Below are positions 52,719 through 64,000 of a DNA stretch of 64,000 bases, piece after piece. A model generated the notes under the pieces. It was given only the letters and a program-made list of their open reading frames with translations, did no database searches and was not told the origin of the DNA. The stretch's first letter is position 1, and each line of letters starts with the position of its first letter. A program made the position numbers and the translations under genes. The DNA comes from a plasmid: the sequence record NZ_CP143948.1; one strand, given 5' to 3'.

Positions 52719-52852
52719 AATGAACGATATCCTCCTTAAATATGTTTGTTAATATAGTTATTTATAAAAACAGCTGTTGCTGAAAGGAAGTTCTCTTCGC
52801 ACTAAGCTCACACAGCGCATATGCGCTTGTGTTCACTAAGTTGCTTTCAGGC

Positions 52853-53038
52853 TTACCAGCTAGCTTTTTTAACGCCTGGGATCTGTCCCTTGTATGCTAA
52901 CTCACGGAAGCATACTCTGCAGATTCCGTATTTCTTTAAAACTGAATGTGGACGTCCACAAATTCTACAACGTGTATAAGCTCTTGTAGAGAACTTTGGT
53001 GCACGCTGCTGTTTGATTTTCATACTTGTCTTAGCCAT
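52853..53038 (-). CDS. rpsN: 30S ribosomal protein S14 type Z (zinc-binding)
   Basis: 61 aa; [22 protein letters not shown]. Confidence 0.9.
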   Translation of the reverse strand: MAKTSMKIKQQRAPKFSTRAYTRCRICGRPHSVLKKYGICRVCFRELAYKGQIPGVKKASW

Positions 53039-53052
53039 TAGAATTCCTCCGA

Positions 53053-53592
53053 TTATTTAGCGAATGGCATATTGAACTGTGCCAGTAACTCACGTGCCTC
53101 TTCGTCTGTCTTAGCAGTAGTAACGAAGATAATGTCCATACCACGAACCTTATCTACCTTATCATACTCGATCTCAGGGAAGATGATCTGCTCTTTAATT
53201 CCAAGGGCATAGTTTCCACGGCCATCAAATGCGTTAGGGTTAACACCTCTGAAGTCACGTACACGAGGTAATGCTAAGTTGATGAGACGATCTGCAAACT
53301 CGTACATCTTCTCACCACGTAATGTAACCTTACATCCGATTGGCATTCCTTCTCTGATTTTAAAGTTAGCTATAGCATTCTTTGCTTTAGTTGTAACTGC
53401 TTTCTGTCCTGTGATGGCTTCCATATCCTTAACGGCTGCCTCAAGAACCTTAGCGTTTTCCTTAGCTTCACCAACACCCATGTTAACTACGATCTTGTCA
53501 AGCTTTGGAATTTCCATTGCGTTTTTGTATCCGAACTTTTTGATCATTGCGTCCTTGATCTCATTTTCGTACTGTTCTCTAAGTCTACTCAA
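53053..53592 (-). CDS. rplE: 50S ribosomal protein L5
   Basis: Conserved order and sequence. Confidence 0.95.
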   Translation of the reverse strand: MSRLREQYENEIKDAMIKKFGYKNAMEIPKLDKIVVNMGVGEAKENAKVLEAAVKDMEAITGQKAVTTKAKNAIANFKIREGMPIGCKVTLRGEKMYEFADRLINLALPRVRDFRGVNPNAFDGRGNYALGIKEQIIFPEIEYDKVDKVRGMDIIFVTTAKTDEEARELLAQFNMPFAK

Positions 53593-53615
53593 TGTCTTAA
53601 TCCTCCTCTCTCCAA

Positions 53616-53927
53616 TTAGTCGATAACCTTGCCTGTTGATTTAGCAAAGCGAACTTTCTTGTCTCCATCCATCTTGAATCCTACACGAGTAGGCTTTCCG
53701 TCATGGATGAGCATTACGTTGGAAGCATCAATTGGAGCCTCCTGATGAACGATACCGCCCTGCTGATTTGACATACTTGGTTTTGTATGCTTAGTAACCA
53801 TGTTGATTCCCTCAACAAGAAGTGTATTGTTCTTTGCGTTTACGGCAATTACCTTGCCCTCATTGTTGATATCTTTTCCAGCGATAACCTTAACAAGGTC
53901 GCCTTTTTTGATTTTCATAGTTGCCAT
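53616..53927 (-). CDS. rplX: 50S ribosomal protein L24
   Basis: [18 protein letters not shown] motif. Confidence 0.95.
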   Translation of the reverse strand: MATMKIKKGDLVKVIAGKDINNEGKVIAVNAKNNTLLVEGINMVTKHTKPSMSNQQGGIVHQEAPIDASNVMLIHDGKPTRVGFKMDGDKKVRFAKSTGKVID

Positions 53928-53938
53928 TGACGTTCCTC

Positions 53939-54307
53939 CTATAATACTTCCGGAGCCAGAGAAACAATCTTCATGAACTGTTTCTCACGAAGCTCACGAG
54001 CTACTGGTCCAAATATACGTGTTCCTTTTGGAGTTTTGTCATCTTTGATGATTACTGCTGCGTTCTCATCAAACTTTATATAAGATCCGTCTTTACGACG
54101 AGCACCTTTTACTGAACGAACTACTACGGCTTTAACTACATCGCCTTTTTTAACAACACCGCCTGGTGTTGCATCTTTAACAGTAGCAACGATTACATCA
54201 CCGATGTTCGCATATCTTCTGGTAGATCCACCCATAACGCGGATAACAAGTAACTCTTTAGCGCCAGTGTTATCAGCAACCTTGAGTCTGCTTTCCTGCT
54301 GTACCAT
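53939..54307 (-). CDS. rplN: 50S ribosomal protein L14
   Basis: [18 protein letters not shown]. Confidence 0.95.
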   Translation of the reverse strand: MVQQESRLKVADNTGAKELLVIRVMGGSTRRYANIGDVIVATVKDATPGGVVKKGDVVKAVVVRSVKGARRKDGSYIKFDENAAVIIKDDKTPKGTRIFGPVARELREKQFMKIVSLAPEVL

Positions 54308-54325
54308 GCTTGTAGCCTCCTTTTA

Positions 54326-54583
54326 TTATTTTGCTCTTTCCATGATTTCTACAAGTCTCCATCTCTTATCTTTAGATAAAGGTCTTGTTTCCATAACTCT
54401 GACTGTATCACCGATCTTTGCATCGTTTTTCTCGTCATGAGCTTTTAATTTATAAGTCTTCTTAACGATCTTGTTGTAAAGAGGATGTCTTACGTTATCT
54501 CTTACAGCTACAACGATTGTCTTATCCATCTTATCGCTTACAACAACACCAACACGTGTTTTTCTAAGATTTCTTTCTTCCAC
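54326..54583 (-). CDS. rpsQ: 30S ribosomal protein S17
   Basis: [19 protein letters not shown]. Confidence 0.95.
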   Translation of the reverse strand: MEERNLRKTRVGVVVSDKMDKTIVVAVRDNVRHPLYNKIVKKTYKLKAHDEKNDAKIGDTVRVMETRPLSKDKRWRLVEIMERAK

Positions 54584-54613
54584 GGTCTAAAATCTCCTTT
54601 CTGATAGGATAAA

Positions 54614-54826
54614 CTATTCTGCAGCCTTTGCAGTGATAACAGTCTGAATTCTAGCGATGTTCTTACGAACCTCTTTGATTCTTGCTGTGTTATCTAACTG
54701 GTTAGTTGCATTCTGGAATCTTAAATTGAAAAGTTCTTTTTTAGCATCAACGAGCTGTGCCTGTAACTGCTCTACGCTCTGTGCCTGTAACTCTTTAACG
54801 TATGCACTAGTTTTCATTTGACTCAC
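54614..54826 (-). CDS. rpmC: 50S ribosomal protein L29
   Basis: 70 aa; conserved position between rplP and rpsQ. Confidence 0.9.
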   Translation of the reverse strand: MSQMKTSAYVKELQAQSVEQLQAQLVDAKKELFNLRFQNATNQLDNTARIKEVRKNIARIQTVITAKAAE

Positions 54827-55244
54827 CGCCTTCTAAATCTGCACGAGAAACTACTTTACACTTGCAAGGTAATTTGTGTGTAGCAAGACGTAAAGCTTCT
54901 TTAGCTACGTCTTCCGGTACTCCGGAGATTTCAAATAATACTCTACCTGGTTTTACTACAGCTACCCAATACTCAAGGGCACCCTTTCCTTTACCCATTC
55001 GAACACCCATAGGCTTATGTGTTACAGGTTTCTCTGGGAAAATCTTTATCCAAACTTTACCACCACGCTTGATGTAACGAGTCATAGCTACACGGGCAGC
55101 CTCAATCTGATTTGCTTTGATCCAGCATGGCTCAAGTGCTACAATACCGTACTCACCATTTGTGATCTTGTTTCCTCTTGTAGCTTTTCCTGCCATGGAA
55201 CCACGGAACTGTTTACGATGTTTTACTCTCTTAGGCATTAACAT
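54807..55244 (-). CDS. rplP: 50S ribosomal protein L16
   Basis: [15 protein letters not shown]. Confidence 0.95.
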   Translation of the reverse strand: MLMPKRVKHRKQFRGSMAGKATRGNKITNGEYGIVALEPCWIKANQIEAARVAMTRYIKRGGKVWIKIFPEKPVTHKPMGVRMGKGKGALEYWVAVVKPGRVLFEISGVPEDVAKEALRLATHKLPCKCKVVSRADLEGGESNEN

Positions 55245-55246
55245 AA

Positions 55247-55903
55247 TTACTTAGCTCCTCCTTCCTTGTTTGCTTTTGTAGGAAGTACCTCGCCTTTGTA
55301 GATCCAAACCTTAACGCCAACCTTGCCGTAAGTTGTATCTGCCTCAGCGAATCCATAATCGATATCTGCTCTGATTGTCTGGAGTGGAGTAGTTCCATCA
55401 TTGTATGTCTCTGTACGAGCCATATCTGCTCCGCCAAGACGACCTGAACATGTTGTCTTAATTCCTTTAACGCCGGCCTTCATAGCTCTTCCCATGCAAG
55501 ACTTCATTGCTCTACGGAATGAAACACGGTTCTCAAGCTGTAAAGCGATGTTCTCAGCAACAAGCTGTGCATCCTTGTCCGGTCTCTTTACTTCTTTGAT
55601 ATCAACAACTAATTTCTTGTCTGTAAGCTTCTGAACCTCAGCCTTGATCTTCTCGATCTCAGCTCCGCCCTTACCGATTACAACACCCGGCTTAGCTGTA
55701 TAAATGATAACCTTAACGCGATCTGAAGCTCTCTCGATCTCAATCTTTGAAACACCAGCTGCGTATAATTTTTTCTTTAAAAATGTTCTGATATTATAAT
55801 CTTCTACTAAGTAATCAGCGAAATCACCCTCTGCATACCATTTGGAATCCCAGTCCTTGATAACGCCAACTCTTAAGCCATGAGGATTAACCTTCTGTCC
55901 CAT
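55247..55903 (-). CDS. rpsC: 30S ribosomal protein S3
   Basis: [13 protein letters not shown]; KH domain. Confidence 0.95.
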   Translation of the reverse strand: MGQKVNPHGLRVGVIKDWDSKWYAEGDFADYLVEDYNIRTFLKKKLYAAGVSKIEIERASDRVKVIIYTAKPGVVIGKGGAEIEKIKAEVQKLTDKKLVVDIKEVKRPDKDAQLVAENIALQLENRVSFRRAMKSCMGRAMKAGVKGIKTTCSGRLGGADMARTETYNDGTTPLQTIRADIDYGFAEADTTYGKVGVKVWIYKGEVLPTKANKEGGAK

Positions 55904-55912
55904 GATTGCCTC

Positions 55913-56308
55913 CTATCTTTCATCAAGCACGATTGTAATGTGGCTCATTCTCTTCTCGATTCTGTAAGCTCTACCCTGTGCTCTAGGATGAATTCTCTTC
56001 ATTGTTGGTCCTTTATTTGCAAAACACTCTGCAACGTAAAGGTTCTCTGCCTTATAGTTCTTTTCCGGATAATTATTTTCTGCGTTAGCGATTGCTGACT
56101 CTAATAATTTCTTTACTAAGCTTGAAGCATATCTAGGATTGTATGTTACGATTGCAAGTGCTTCGTTAACACTCTTTCCACGAATAGCATCTAAAACGAA
56201 ACAAGCTTTCTGTACAGACACTCTAGCATAAGATAACTTTGCTGAAGGTCTTGTATCTCTAACTTCATTTCTCTCTCTCTTGATTTTGGATCTATGTCCC
56301 TTTGCCAT
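55913..56308 (-). CDS. rplV: 50S ribosomal protein L22
   Basis: Conserved order and sequence. Confidence 0.95.
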   Translation of the reverse strand: MAKGHRSKIKRERNEVRDTRPSAKLSYARVSVQKACFVLDAIRGKSVNEALAIVTYNPRYASSLVKKLLESAIANAENNYPEKNYKAENLYVAECFANKGPTMKRIHPRAQGRAYRIEKRMSHITIVLDER

Positions 56309-56333
56309 GGATGAAACCTCCTTTCAATAAATC

Positions 56334-56615
56334 TTATCTTACGCCTGATTTCTTCTCGTCTTTTCCATGTCCTCTGTAAGTTCTTGTTGCAACGAACTCA
56401 CCAAGTTTATGTCCAACCATATCCTCTGTAACATATACAGGAACATGCTTTCTTCCATCATGAACAGCGATTGTGTGTCCAACGAATGAAGGGAAGATTG
56501 TTGAACGACGTGACCATGTCTTGATTACAGACTTGTCACCAGAAGCGTTCATAGCATCTACTTTTTTAAGTAAGCTTTCATCAGCAAATGGTCCTTTTTT
56601 TAATGAACGTGCCAT
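56334..56615 (-). CDS. rpsS: 30S ribosomal protein S19
   Basis: [10 protein letters not shown]. Confidence 0.95.
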   Translation of the reverse strand: MARSLKKGPFADESLLKKVDAMNASGDKSVIKTWSRRSTIFPSFVGHTIAVHDGRKHVPVYVTEDMVGHKLGEFVATRTYRGHGKDEKKSGVR

Positions 56616-56631
56616 TTATTCAACCTCCTAA

Positions 56632-57477
56632 TTATTTGATTGCACGACCGTCTCTTCTACGAACGATCATCTTGTTAGACTGTTTGTTCTTCTTTCTGGT
56701 CTTTAAGCCAAGTGCAGGTTTGCCCCATGGAGTACATGGTCCTGGACGTCCTACAGGTGCCTTACCTTCTCCACCACCGTGTGGATGGTCGTTAGGGTTC
56801 ATAACAGATCCACGAACTGTTGGACGAACACCCATGTGACGCTTACGTCCGGCTTTACCAATATTTACGAGGTTGTGATCTCCGTTTCCAATTACACCGA
56901 TTGTAGCACGGCACTGAATTGGAACCATTCTCATCTCTCCTGAAGGAAGACGAAGTGTTGCATATTTGCCTTCTTTAGCCATAAGCTGTGCGCTAAGTCC
57001 TGCTGAACGAACAAGCTGTCCGCCCTTTCCAGGAAGAAGCTCGATGTTGTGAATCTGTGTACCAACTGGGATATTCTCAAGTGGTAAGCAGTTTCCAACT
57101 CTGACCTCAGCCTGAGCACCGCTCATAACCTTCATTCCGTCTGTAAGTCCTGCTGGAGCAAGAATATATGATTTCTCACCATCTGCATAGCAGATAAGTG
57201 CGATGTTTGCTGTTCTGTTTGGATCGTACTCGATACCAATTACAGTTGCTGGAATACCGTCTTTCTTATTTCTCTTGAAATCGATAAGTCTGTATTTTCT
57301 TCTGTTTCCACCACCCTGGTGTCTAACTGTGATTTTACCCTGATTGTTACGACCAGCGTTCTTCTTTAAAGAAGTAACAAGTGACTTCTCAGGAGTTGTC
57401 TTTGTAATCTCTGAGAAATCTGAACCAGTCATATTTCTTCTGGAAGGTGTATATGGGTTATATGTCTTAATTCCCAT
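56632..57477 (-). CDS. rplB: 50S ribosomal protein L2
   Basis: [14 protein letters not shown]...GGG(E)GK. Confidence 0.95.
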   Translation of the reverse strand: MGIKTYNPYTPSRRNMTGSDFSEITKTTPEKSLVTSLKKNAGRNNQGKITVRHQGGGNRRKYRLIDFKRNKKDGIPATVIGIEYDPNRTANIALICYADGEKSYILAPAGLTDGMKVMSGAQAEVRVGNCLPLENIPVGTQIHNIELLPGKGGQLVRSAGLSAQLMAKEGKYATLRLPSGEMRMVPIQCRATIGVIGNGDHNLVNIGKAGRKRHMGVRPTVRGSVMNPNDHPHGGGEGKAPVGRPGPCTPWGKPALGLKTRKKNKQSNKMIVRRRDGRAIK

Positions 57478-57556
57478 TTTGTTTCTCCTTTCGATATGTT
57501 TTCATTATCGCGTCTTTTCTGACGCATATCATTTTGAAGTTGCTTTCGACCTCGGT

Positions 57557-57856
57557 CTACAGTCCTGCGAAGATCTCTATATCTTTGCTGTCTGCTGTAA
57601 GCTGTACGATAGCCTTCTTTGTCTTAGCAGTCTTTCCTGTTACCATTCCACGACGCTTGTTCTTGCCTTCGCAGTTCATTGTGTTAACTTTGGCAACCTT
57701 TGTTCCTTCGAACATTCTCTCTACTGCTTCTTTGATCATAGTCTTGTTTGCATCCGGGTGAACAAGGAATGTGTATTTCTTCTCAGCCATTGCATTCATA
57801 CTCTTCTCAGTTACTACTGGTTTGAGGATTACATCATAGTACTGTACGTTTGCCAT
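57557..57856 (-). CDS. rplW: 50S ribosomal protein L23
   Basis: Conserved order and sequence. Confidence 0.95.
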   Translation of the reverse strand: MANVQYYDVILKPVVTEKSMNAMAEKKYTFLVHPDANKTMIKEAVERMFEGTKVAKVNTMNCEGKNKRRGMVTGKTAKTKKAIVQLTADSKDIEIFAGL

Positions 57857-58476
57857 TATGCATATACCTCCTCGATTGTTGCTACAGCAGCCTTTGTAAC
57901 TACTACTGTGTCATATTTTAATACATCGAATACGTTAAGCTCATTTGTCTGAGTTGTCTTAACTGTTGGGATGTTTGCTGCAGAAGCGATAACCTTCTCG
58001 TCCATATCATTTAATACAACGAGTGCCTTCTCAACATTGAGGTTCTTTAATACTTCTACGAATTTCTTTGTCTTAATCTCATCAAGCTTAAGCTCATCTA
58101 CTACAACGAACTTGTTCTCAACAACTCTTGATGTAAGTGCAGACTTAAGAGCTGCTCTCTTCTCTTTCTTGTTGAGCTTGAATGAGTAATCTCTAGGAGT
58201 AGGAGCGAATACAACTCCACCACCTGTCCACTGTGGAGATCTTGTAGAACCCTGACGTGCATGTCCTGTTCCCTTCTGTCTCCATGGTTTTCTTCCGCCA
58301 CCGCGAACTTCAGAACGTGTCTTAGCTTTCTGAGTTCCCTGACGTTTATTTGCAAGCTGCTGAAGAACAGCCATATGAACTAAATGCTCATTAATTTCTA
58401 CGCCGAAAATGGAATCATTTAACTCGATCTTGTCGACTTCTTTGCCTTCCATGTTATATACAGCTACGTTAGCCAT
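57856..58476 (-). CDS. rplD: 50S ribosomal protein L4
   Basis: Conserved order and sequence. Confidence 0.95.
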   Translation of the reverse strand: MANVAVYNMEGKEVDKIELNDSIFGVEINEHLVHMAVLQQLANKRQGTQKAKTRSEVRGGGRKPWRQKGTGHARQGSTRSPQWTGGGVVFAPTPRDYSFKLNKKEKRAALKSALTSRVVENKFVVVDELKLDEIKTKKFVEVLKNLNVEKALVVLNDMDEKVIASAANIPTVKTTQTNELNVFDVLKYDTVVVTKAAVATIEEVYA

Positions 58477-58504
58477 CGTAAAGTTCCTCCTTTCTTACTT
58501 TGCA

Positions 58505-59188
58505 CTATTTACCAGATTTTGTAGTCTCTTTTACTGTAATGAGAGCTTTCTTAGCTCCTGGAACTGCGCCCTTGATTAACAGTAAGTTCTTGTCTGCGTC
58601 AACTCTTACAACCTCAAGATTCTGAGTTGTAACCTTTACGCTACCCATGTGTCCAGGCATTCCTTTTCCCTTGAATACCTTACTTGGTGAAGAACAAGCA
58701 CCGTTAGAACCCTGATGACGATGGAATTTAGAACCATGAGCCATTGGTCCTCTGTGCTGACCTAATCTCTTGATAGCACCCTGGAAACCTTTACCTTTTG
58801 AAATAGCAGTTACATCAACCTTGTCACCCTCTGCGAAGATGTCAGCCTTGATCTCATCTGCTAAATTGTACTCATCTGCGTTTTCGAATTTGAACTCGCG
58901 AACGAATCTCTTTCCTGAAACACCTGCTTTTTTGAAGTGTCCCATCTGAGCCTTGTTAACACCATGTCTGTGTGCTACGCTCTTTTTACCGTTGGCATCC
59001 TTCTCAACGACTTTCTCTTTCTTGTCGCCGAAACCAACCTGAACTGCGCTGTAACCGTCATTCTCAACAGTTTTGATCTGTGTTACAACACATGGACCAG
59101 CCTCTAATACAGTTACAGGTACTAATACACCATCTGCATTAAAGATCTGTGTCATACCGATTTTTGTTGCTAAAATCGCTTTCTTCAT
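58505..59188 (-). CDS. rplC: 50S ribosomal protein L3
   Basis: [16 protein letters not shown]. Confidence 0.95.
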   Translation of the reverse strand: MKKAILATKIGMTQIFNADGVLVPVTVLEAGPCVVTQIKTVENDGYSAVQVGFGDKKEKVVEKDANGKKSVAHRHGVNKAQMGHFKKAGVSGKRFVREFKFENADEYNLADEIKADIFAEGDKVDVTAISKGKGFQGAIKRLGQHRGPMAHGSKFHRHQGSNGACSSPSKVFKGKGMPGHMGSVKVTTQNLEVVRVDADKNLLLIKGAVPGAKKALITVKETTKSGK

Positions 59189-59366
59189 TTCTTTACCTCC
59201 TGTTTTCTACAGCGGAACGCCTCTTGCCTGTCAACCCAGCCCGCGAAGAATTAGCCGGAACAAGTAGCGGAACCGTTCATCCTAGAGCAGCCTACTAGAT
59301 CGTTATGCTTTCGCACTGTATCTTCTATATAAACCATTCGGGGATATACTAATTAATTGTTGAAGC

Positions 59367-59684
59367 TTATTTCTGCTTCATTTTGATATCAATGTAAACA
59401 CCAGCTGGCATTTCAATCCTTGATAAAGACTCTGTTGTCTTCTGTGTTGGATTGATGATATCGATAAGTCTCTTATGAGTTCTCTGCTCGAACTGTTCAC
59501 GAGAATCCTTGTACTTGTGAGTAGCTCTAAGAATTGTAACTACTTCCTTCTTTGTTGGAAGAGGTACCGGTCCGCTCACCTGTGATCCATTCTTCTTTAC
59601 AGTCTCGATGATTTTCTTTGCGCTTGAATCTACTAACTCGTGATCATACGCCTTGAGAGTAATTCTCATTACTTGACTTGCCAT
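59367..59684 (-). CDS. rpsJ: 30S ribosomal protein S10
   Basis: [10 protein letters not shown]...; first gene of the S10 operon. Confidence 0.95.
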   Translation of the reverse strand: MASQVMRITLKAYDHELVDSSAKKIIETVKKNGSQVSGPVPLPTKKEVVTILRATHKYKDSREQFEQRTHKRLIDIINPTQKTTESLSRIEMPAGVYIDIKMKQK

Positions 59685-60099
59685 AAAAAAAGTCGCCTCC
59701 TTTTCGCACTTTTAACTTCAGTACGACAAGCGGTGACTGTACACATCTCCGTGTGTGTCCTGTGGACTTTCACACGTTGTTTCTACATTTTGTAGACCAT
59801 ATCTGTTCTGTACAGTGACTTGCCGTCAGTTTCCTAACTTGACATTCGCTCCGCCGAATTCTCTGTCTCATGGACAGTAACTTCAAACTTCATAGCTATC
59901 ATGCCACAGCAAGTGATATTATACATGACGTTTACAATAATTGCAATACTTTTTTCAAAAAAAATTTATTTTTTTATTTCGGATAATATTCCATTGAAAA
60001 ATTACACTTTTGCACGTATATTATTATAGAAGAAACACGATTAAATGCAAGCAACGTGTAGTTTATTTTTACACGCAGATAAGAAAGGAATATAAACAT

Positions 60100-60987
60100 A
60101 TGTGGTTAGCAGATAGATGGAAAGATTATGAGGTTATTGACTGCTCATGCGGTGAAAAGCTTGAGCGCTGGTCTAAATATATTTTGCTGCGTCCCGATCC
60201 TCAGGTAATTTGGGACACTCCAAAGACTAATAAGAACTGGAAAAAGCTTAATGGTCACTATCACAGAAGCAAGAAAGGCGGTGGTGAGTGGGAGTTTTTT
60301 GATTTGCCGCAGGAGTGGACCATAAACTACTCTCTTCCTATTAATAAAGAGCTCACATTTCACTTAAAACCATTCAGCTTCAAGCACACCGGTCTGTTTC
60401 CTGAGCAGGCTGCCAACTGGGACTGGTTTTCAAAGAAGATTTACGATGCAAAAAAAAGCGGTCGTGATGTAAAGGTATTAAATCTCTTTGCATACACCGG
60501 AGGTGCCACTCTTGCTGCCGCTGCCGCAGGCGCCGCTGTCACACATGTGGATGCTTCAAAGGGCATGGTCACATGGGCTAAGGAAAACGCTGTAAGCAGC
60601 GGTCTTGGTGACGCACCTATCAGATGGCTTGTGGATGACTGTGTGAAGTTTGTTGAGCGTGAAATCCGCCGTGGCAATCATTACGATGCCATCATAATGG
60701 ATCCGCCGTCATACGGCAGAGGTCCTAAGGGTGAAATTTGGAAAATTGAGGAAAGCGTGTATCCGCTTGTGCAGCTTTGTGCAAAGCTCCTTACCGACAA
60801 GCCGCTTTTCTTCCTTATTAATTCCTATACGACAGGCTTGCAGCCTGCAGTGCTCACCTATATGATAAGCACTGCGCTTAAAAAGTTTGATGGTAAAGTA
60901 ACCGCAAGCGAAATCGGTCTCCCGGTTTCTTCAAACGGACTCGTGCTGCCTTGTGGTGCAAGCGGACGCTTTGAAAGTATCTGCTAA
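60100..60987 (+). CDS. Class I SAM-dependent methyltransferase, RlmI/YccW-like (probable rRNA m5C methyltransferase C-terminal catalytic module)
   Basis: Start trimmed to MWLADRW. NLFAYTGGATLAAAAAGA SAM-binding region and DPPSYGRGPKGE (DPPxF-type) motif. Confidence 0.6.
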   Translation: MWLADRWKDYEVIDCSCGEKLERWSKYILLRPDPQVIWDTPKTNKNWKKLNGHYHRSKKGGGEWEFFDLPQEWTINYSLPINKELTFHLKPFSFKHTGLFPEQAANWDWFSKKIYDAKKSGRDVKVLNLFAYTGGATLAAAAAGAAVTHVDASKGMVTWAKENAVSSGLGDAPIRWLVDDCVKFVEREIRRGNHYDAIIMDPPSYGRGPKGEIWKIEESVYPLVQLCAKLLTDKPLFFLINSYTTGLQPAVLTYMISTALKKFDGKVTASEIGLPVSSNGLVLPCGASGRFESIC

Positions 60988-61067
60988 TCAGTTCTAAAAT
61001 AAAATCAGCCACAGTATTTCATTATTTTCTATGAAACACTGCGGCATTTTAATGAATATGCAATATA

Positions 61068-62009
61068 TTACAATATTCTCTTTTTCTTCAATAAAATCAG
61101 TATCAGCACACATATGACAACCATAACACCTATTATAATCATAAATCCATGTGCTGTCGTCGCAAGCGGTACCCACTTTGAGCTGACATTCATGCCATAG
61201 ATTCCTGAGATAACTGTCGGAATAGCCATGATAAGTGTGATGATTGTGAGCGACTTCATGACATTGTTAAGTCTGTTGTCAATGACCGTGCTCATAAGCT
61301 CTCTGGTACCATTTATGATGTCCCTGTAAATTCCCGTCATCTCAATAGCCTGTTTATTTTCGACAATCACGTCTCCGAGAAGCTCCTTATCCTCCGGATA
61401 CTGCTCAAGGCGCTTGTATCTGGTCAGTCTCTCTAACACAACTCCATTGGCACGAAGCGATGTGGCAAAGTATACGAGTGTGGATTCCAGCTCGTGAAGC
61501 GCGATCAAATCGTCCTCCTCTGTATCCTCTCCGACTCTCTCCTCAATCTCAGTACGCATCTTGTCTATGATGCGCAGATCATTCTGATACAGTACAGATA
61601 TCCTGTAAAGAATCTGGTATACAAAGCGCATCTTTTTCTTGGTGGAAAATTCCTTTACACGGTTATTTAAAAATACCTGAAGCACCGGTGTATCCTCTGT
61701 ACAGACTGTCACTATCTCATCATCTGTAAGTATGATGCCAAGCGGGATTGTGGTATATGACTCCTTGTCATGCCTAGTCTCTATCGAAGGTATATCCACA
61801 AGAATCAACGTATACCCATCCTGCAGCTCTATACGAGAGCTCTCCTCTTCATCGAGTGCTGCAAGTACGTCCTCAATATCAACATTCAGTTCATCCGCTA
61901 CCATCTGTCCCTCTGCTACAGAAGGGTTGACCATCTGTATCCAGGTGCCTCCCTGCAGCGTATCCAGCTCATGTATTAATTTGTCATCTGTCCTGTAAAA
62001 CTTGACCAT
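61068..62009 (-). CDS. corA: CorA-family magnesium/cobalt transporter
   Basis: YGMN signature (ISGIYGMNVS) followed by two C-terminal TM helices. Confidence 0.85.
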   Translation of the reverse strand: MVKFYRTDDKLIHELDTLQGGTWIQMVNPSVAEGQMVADELNVDIEDVLAALDEEESSRIELQDGYTLILVDIPSIETRHDKESYTTIPLGIILTDDEIVTVCTEDTPVLQVFLNNRVKEFSTKKKMRFVYQILYRISVLYQNDLRIIDKMRTEIEERVGEDTEEDDLIALHELESTLVYFATSLRANGVVLERLTRYKRLEQYPEDKELLGDVIVENKQAIEMTGIYRDIINGTRELMSTVIDNRLNNVMKSLTIITLIMAIPTVISGIYGMNVSSKWVPLATTAHGFMIIIGVMVVICVLILILLKKKRIL

Positions 62010-62094
62010 GGTGCCTCCCCGTGGCTTTTATGACACACATAATGCCACAAAATATTTTGACATCACTAACGTATTGTCTTTGAAATAAAAGATA

Positions 62095-63183
62095 TTACTT
62101 CTCAGCGTATTTCTGACTCTGGCTCTTTATAAGCTCTGCATCCTCAAAGTAATTTATCCTCATGGCGCGCTTGACCTCTGCCATTGTCTGTGCTGCAGCC
62201 TCTCTTGCTGTCTCGCTGCCCTTCCTTAGTATCTCATATACAGCCGGAATATCCTTCTCATACTCTGCTCTTCTTGCGCGGATAGGTGAAAGCTCCTCCT
62301 GCATGATGTTGTTGAGGAATTTCTTAATCTTCACATCACCAAGACCGCCCCTTGTATAGTGATCCTTAAGCTCCTGAAGGTTAGCATACTCCGGCAGATA
62401 CTCCTCAAAATGTCCCGGCTTAGAGAAAGCATCAAGATATGTGAATACTGTATTGCCCTCCACGTGTCCCGGATCTGAAATCTGGATATGTGTCGGATCT
62501 GTATACATGCTCATGATTTTCTTCTTTACATCTGCCTCTGTATCTGCCAGATAGATACAGTTGCCTAATGATTTGCTCATCTTCTGTCCACCGTCTGTAC
62601 CCGGAAGTCTGCAGCATGCCTCATTCTCAGGTAAAAGCACATCCGGCTCAACGAGCACCTCATCATAGATAGAATTAAACTTTCTGACAATCTCCCTGGT
62701 CTGCTCTATCATTGGGAGCTGGTCCTCTCCAACCGGAACAGTTGTAGCCTTGAAGGCAGTGATATCTGCTGCCTGGCTGATTGGATAATTGAAAAATCCA
62801 ACCGGTATACTTGCCTCGAAATTTCTTAGCTTAATCTCATTCTTTACTGTAGGGTTTCTCTGAAGTCTCGATACTGTAACGAGATTTGAGTAGAAAAATG
62901 TAAGCTCAGTAAGCTCCGGTATCTGTGACTGCACAAACAGTGTAGACTTGGCCGGATCGAGTCCTGCTGAGAGGTAATCAAGTGCTACCTCTATGATATT
63001 CTGTCTGATTTTCTCAGGGTTGTCAAAATTGTCTGTGAGTGCCTGTGCATCGGCAATCATGATAAATATTTTGTCATACTCTCCTGAATTCTGAAGCTCA
63101 ACTCTTCTGCGAAGTGAGCCCACGTAATGTCCTATATGGAGCCTTCCTGTTGGTCTGTCTCCTGTTAAAATAATTTTTTCCAT
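62095..63183 (-). CDS. trpS: Tryptophan--tRNA ligase
   Basis: HIGH-type motif (GRLHIGHY) and KMSKS. Class I TrpS/TyrS fold; 362 aa. Confidence 0.9.
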   Translation of the reverse strand: MEKIILTGDRPTGRLHIGHYVGSLRRRVELQNSGEYDKIFIMIADAQALTDNFDNPEKIRQNIIEVALDYLSAGLDPAKSTLFVQSQIPELTELTFFYSNLVTVSRLQRNPTVKNEIKLRNFEASIPVGFFNYPISQAADITAFKATTVPVGEDQLPMIEQTREIVRKFNSIYDEVLVEPDVLLPENEACCRLPGTDGGQKMSKSLGNCIYLADTEADVKKKIMSMYTDPTHIQISDPGHVEGNTVFTYLDAFSKPGHFEEYLPEYANLQELKDHYTRGGLGDVKIKKFLNNIMQEELSPIRARRAEYEKDIPAVYEILRKGSETAREAAAQTMAEVKRAMRINYFEDAELIKSQSQKYAEK

Positions 63184-63326
63184 CTCTATTATTCCTCTGC
63201 TTTAGTTCTATTATTACGATTGCAATGTAGGTTTATTCGCCAAACCGTCTGTCTTAGCAATCGCCAGCTTTCTTTATTATAACACACTGACGTGTAAAAG
63301 CCTAGGAAAAAGAACTCTCATTTTAA

Positions 63327-63806
63327 TTATTTTATAATATCTACATACTCTGCCTTTGCCGCCCTGCACAAATCATCCGGTGACAGCGTAATCTGAAGCC
63401 CAAGCCTGCCTCCGCTGACCGTGATTTTGTCCTGCTCCTTAGCTGCCTCATGGATAAATGTAGGATACTGTTTTTTCATTCCGATTGATGTACAGCCGCC
63501 CCTTATATAGCCTGTAACCTTTGTCAAATCCTTGAGATGCAGCATCTCTATGGATTTCTCGCCTGCTGCCTTTGCGGCTTTTTTGAAATCAATTTCGTCA
63601 TCTATCGGTACCACAAACACATAGTATCCACCGCTTTTGCCGACTGTCGTGATAGTCTTGTACATGCCTGCGTGGTCAAGCCCCAGCTTGTCTGCTATCT
63701 GAGCTGCATCCACAAAGTCATCGCACTCGTATGTGCGTGCCTCATATGGAATCTTCATTGTTTCCAGTATTCTTATTGCATTTGTCTTTGCTTCTTTTTT
63801 TCCCAT
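63327..63806 (-). CDS. ybaK: Cys-tRNA(Pro)/Cys-tRNA(Cys) deacylase YbaK (aminoacyl-tRNA trans-editing)
   Basis: YbaK/ProX deacylase fold: AIRILETMKIPYE...YKTITTVGKSGGYYV...GGCTSIGM. Confidence 0.8.
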   Translation of the reverse strand: MGKKEAKTNAIRILETMKIPYEARTYECDDFVDAAQIADKLGLDHAGMYKTITTVGKSGGYYVFVVPIDDEIDFKKAAKAAGEKSIEMLHLKDLTKVTGYIRGGCTSIGMKKQYPTFIHEAAKEQDKITVSGGRLGLQITLSPDDLCRAAKAEYVDIIK

Positions 63807-64000
63807 TATACTATCTTTCCTCCAATAAGCTTAAGATATATTCCATATCTTTATGCAATTACCTCATTTTACTGATTGTCCGCACTCTTATCGGCATTTT
63901 TGTATGCTTCCTCAAAGAACTGCTCCTGCGAATCTATCGGTGTGCTGTTTATCTTTCTGTCCACATACTCACCATCGGCGCAAAGCTCCTTGCCCTTCTC

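Noticed and set aside
63184-63326. Possible T-box leader upstream of trpS
   Set aside because: Only ~140 nt is available, and no T-box consensus (AATTAGGGTGGNACCGCG) or specifier/antiterminator arrangement is present. trpS is probably co-transcribed with ybaK.

Overview
This 64 kb window looks like Firmicutes/Clostridia chromosome, probably Lachnospiraceae, on codon usage, GGAGG ribosome-binding sites (RBS) and gene content. About 42.8–63.8 kb is a single minus-strand block: the complete S10–spc–alpha ribosomal protein cluster (rpsJ through rplQ, with secY, adk, map, infA, rpmJ, rpoA), then a methyltransferase, corA, trpS and ybaK. The middle of the window is core housekeeping: pflB/pflA, an rsmH paralog, a MATE pump, a two-component system, metK with a SAM-I riboswitch, an HD-GYP gene, murA, aroK, mfd, pth, ogg, spoVG, glgCD, murC, a DnaA-box cluster ahead of a dnaB(DnaD-domain)-dnaI pair, and prs.

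The first ~9.3 kb is the accessory-looking part. It holds a coiled-coil/TM protein pair with an in-frame stop, a BceRS/BceAB-like peptide-resistance module, and an islet of four small unannotatable genes (two membrane, two soluble) ending in a decayed IS1182/IS5-type transposase.

Two mobile-element signals stand out. A complete IS607-family element (serine-recombinase TnpA plus TnpB, an RNA-guided nuclease) sits exactly between pflB and pflA. An ~295 bp near-perfect palindrome at 18.5 kb has arms of ~95 nt; a diverged half-copy of it lies next to the IS607 left end.

I found no rRNA, tRNA or CRISPR array.
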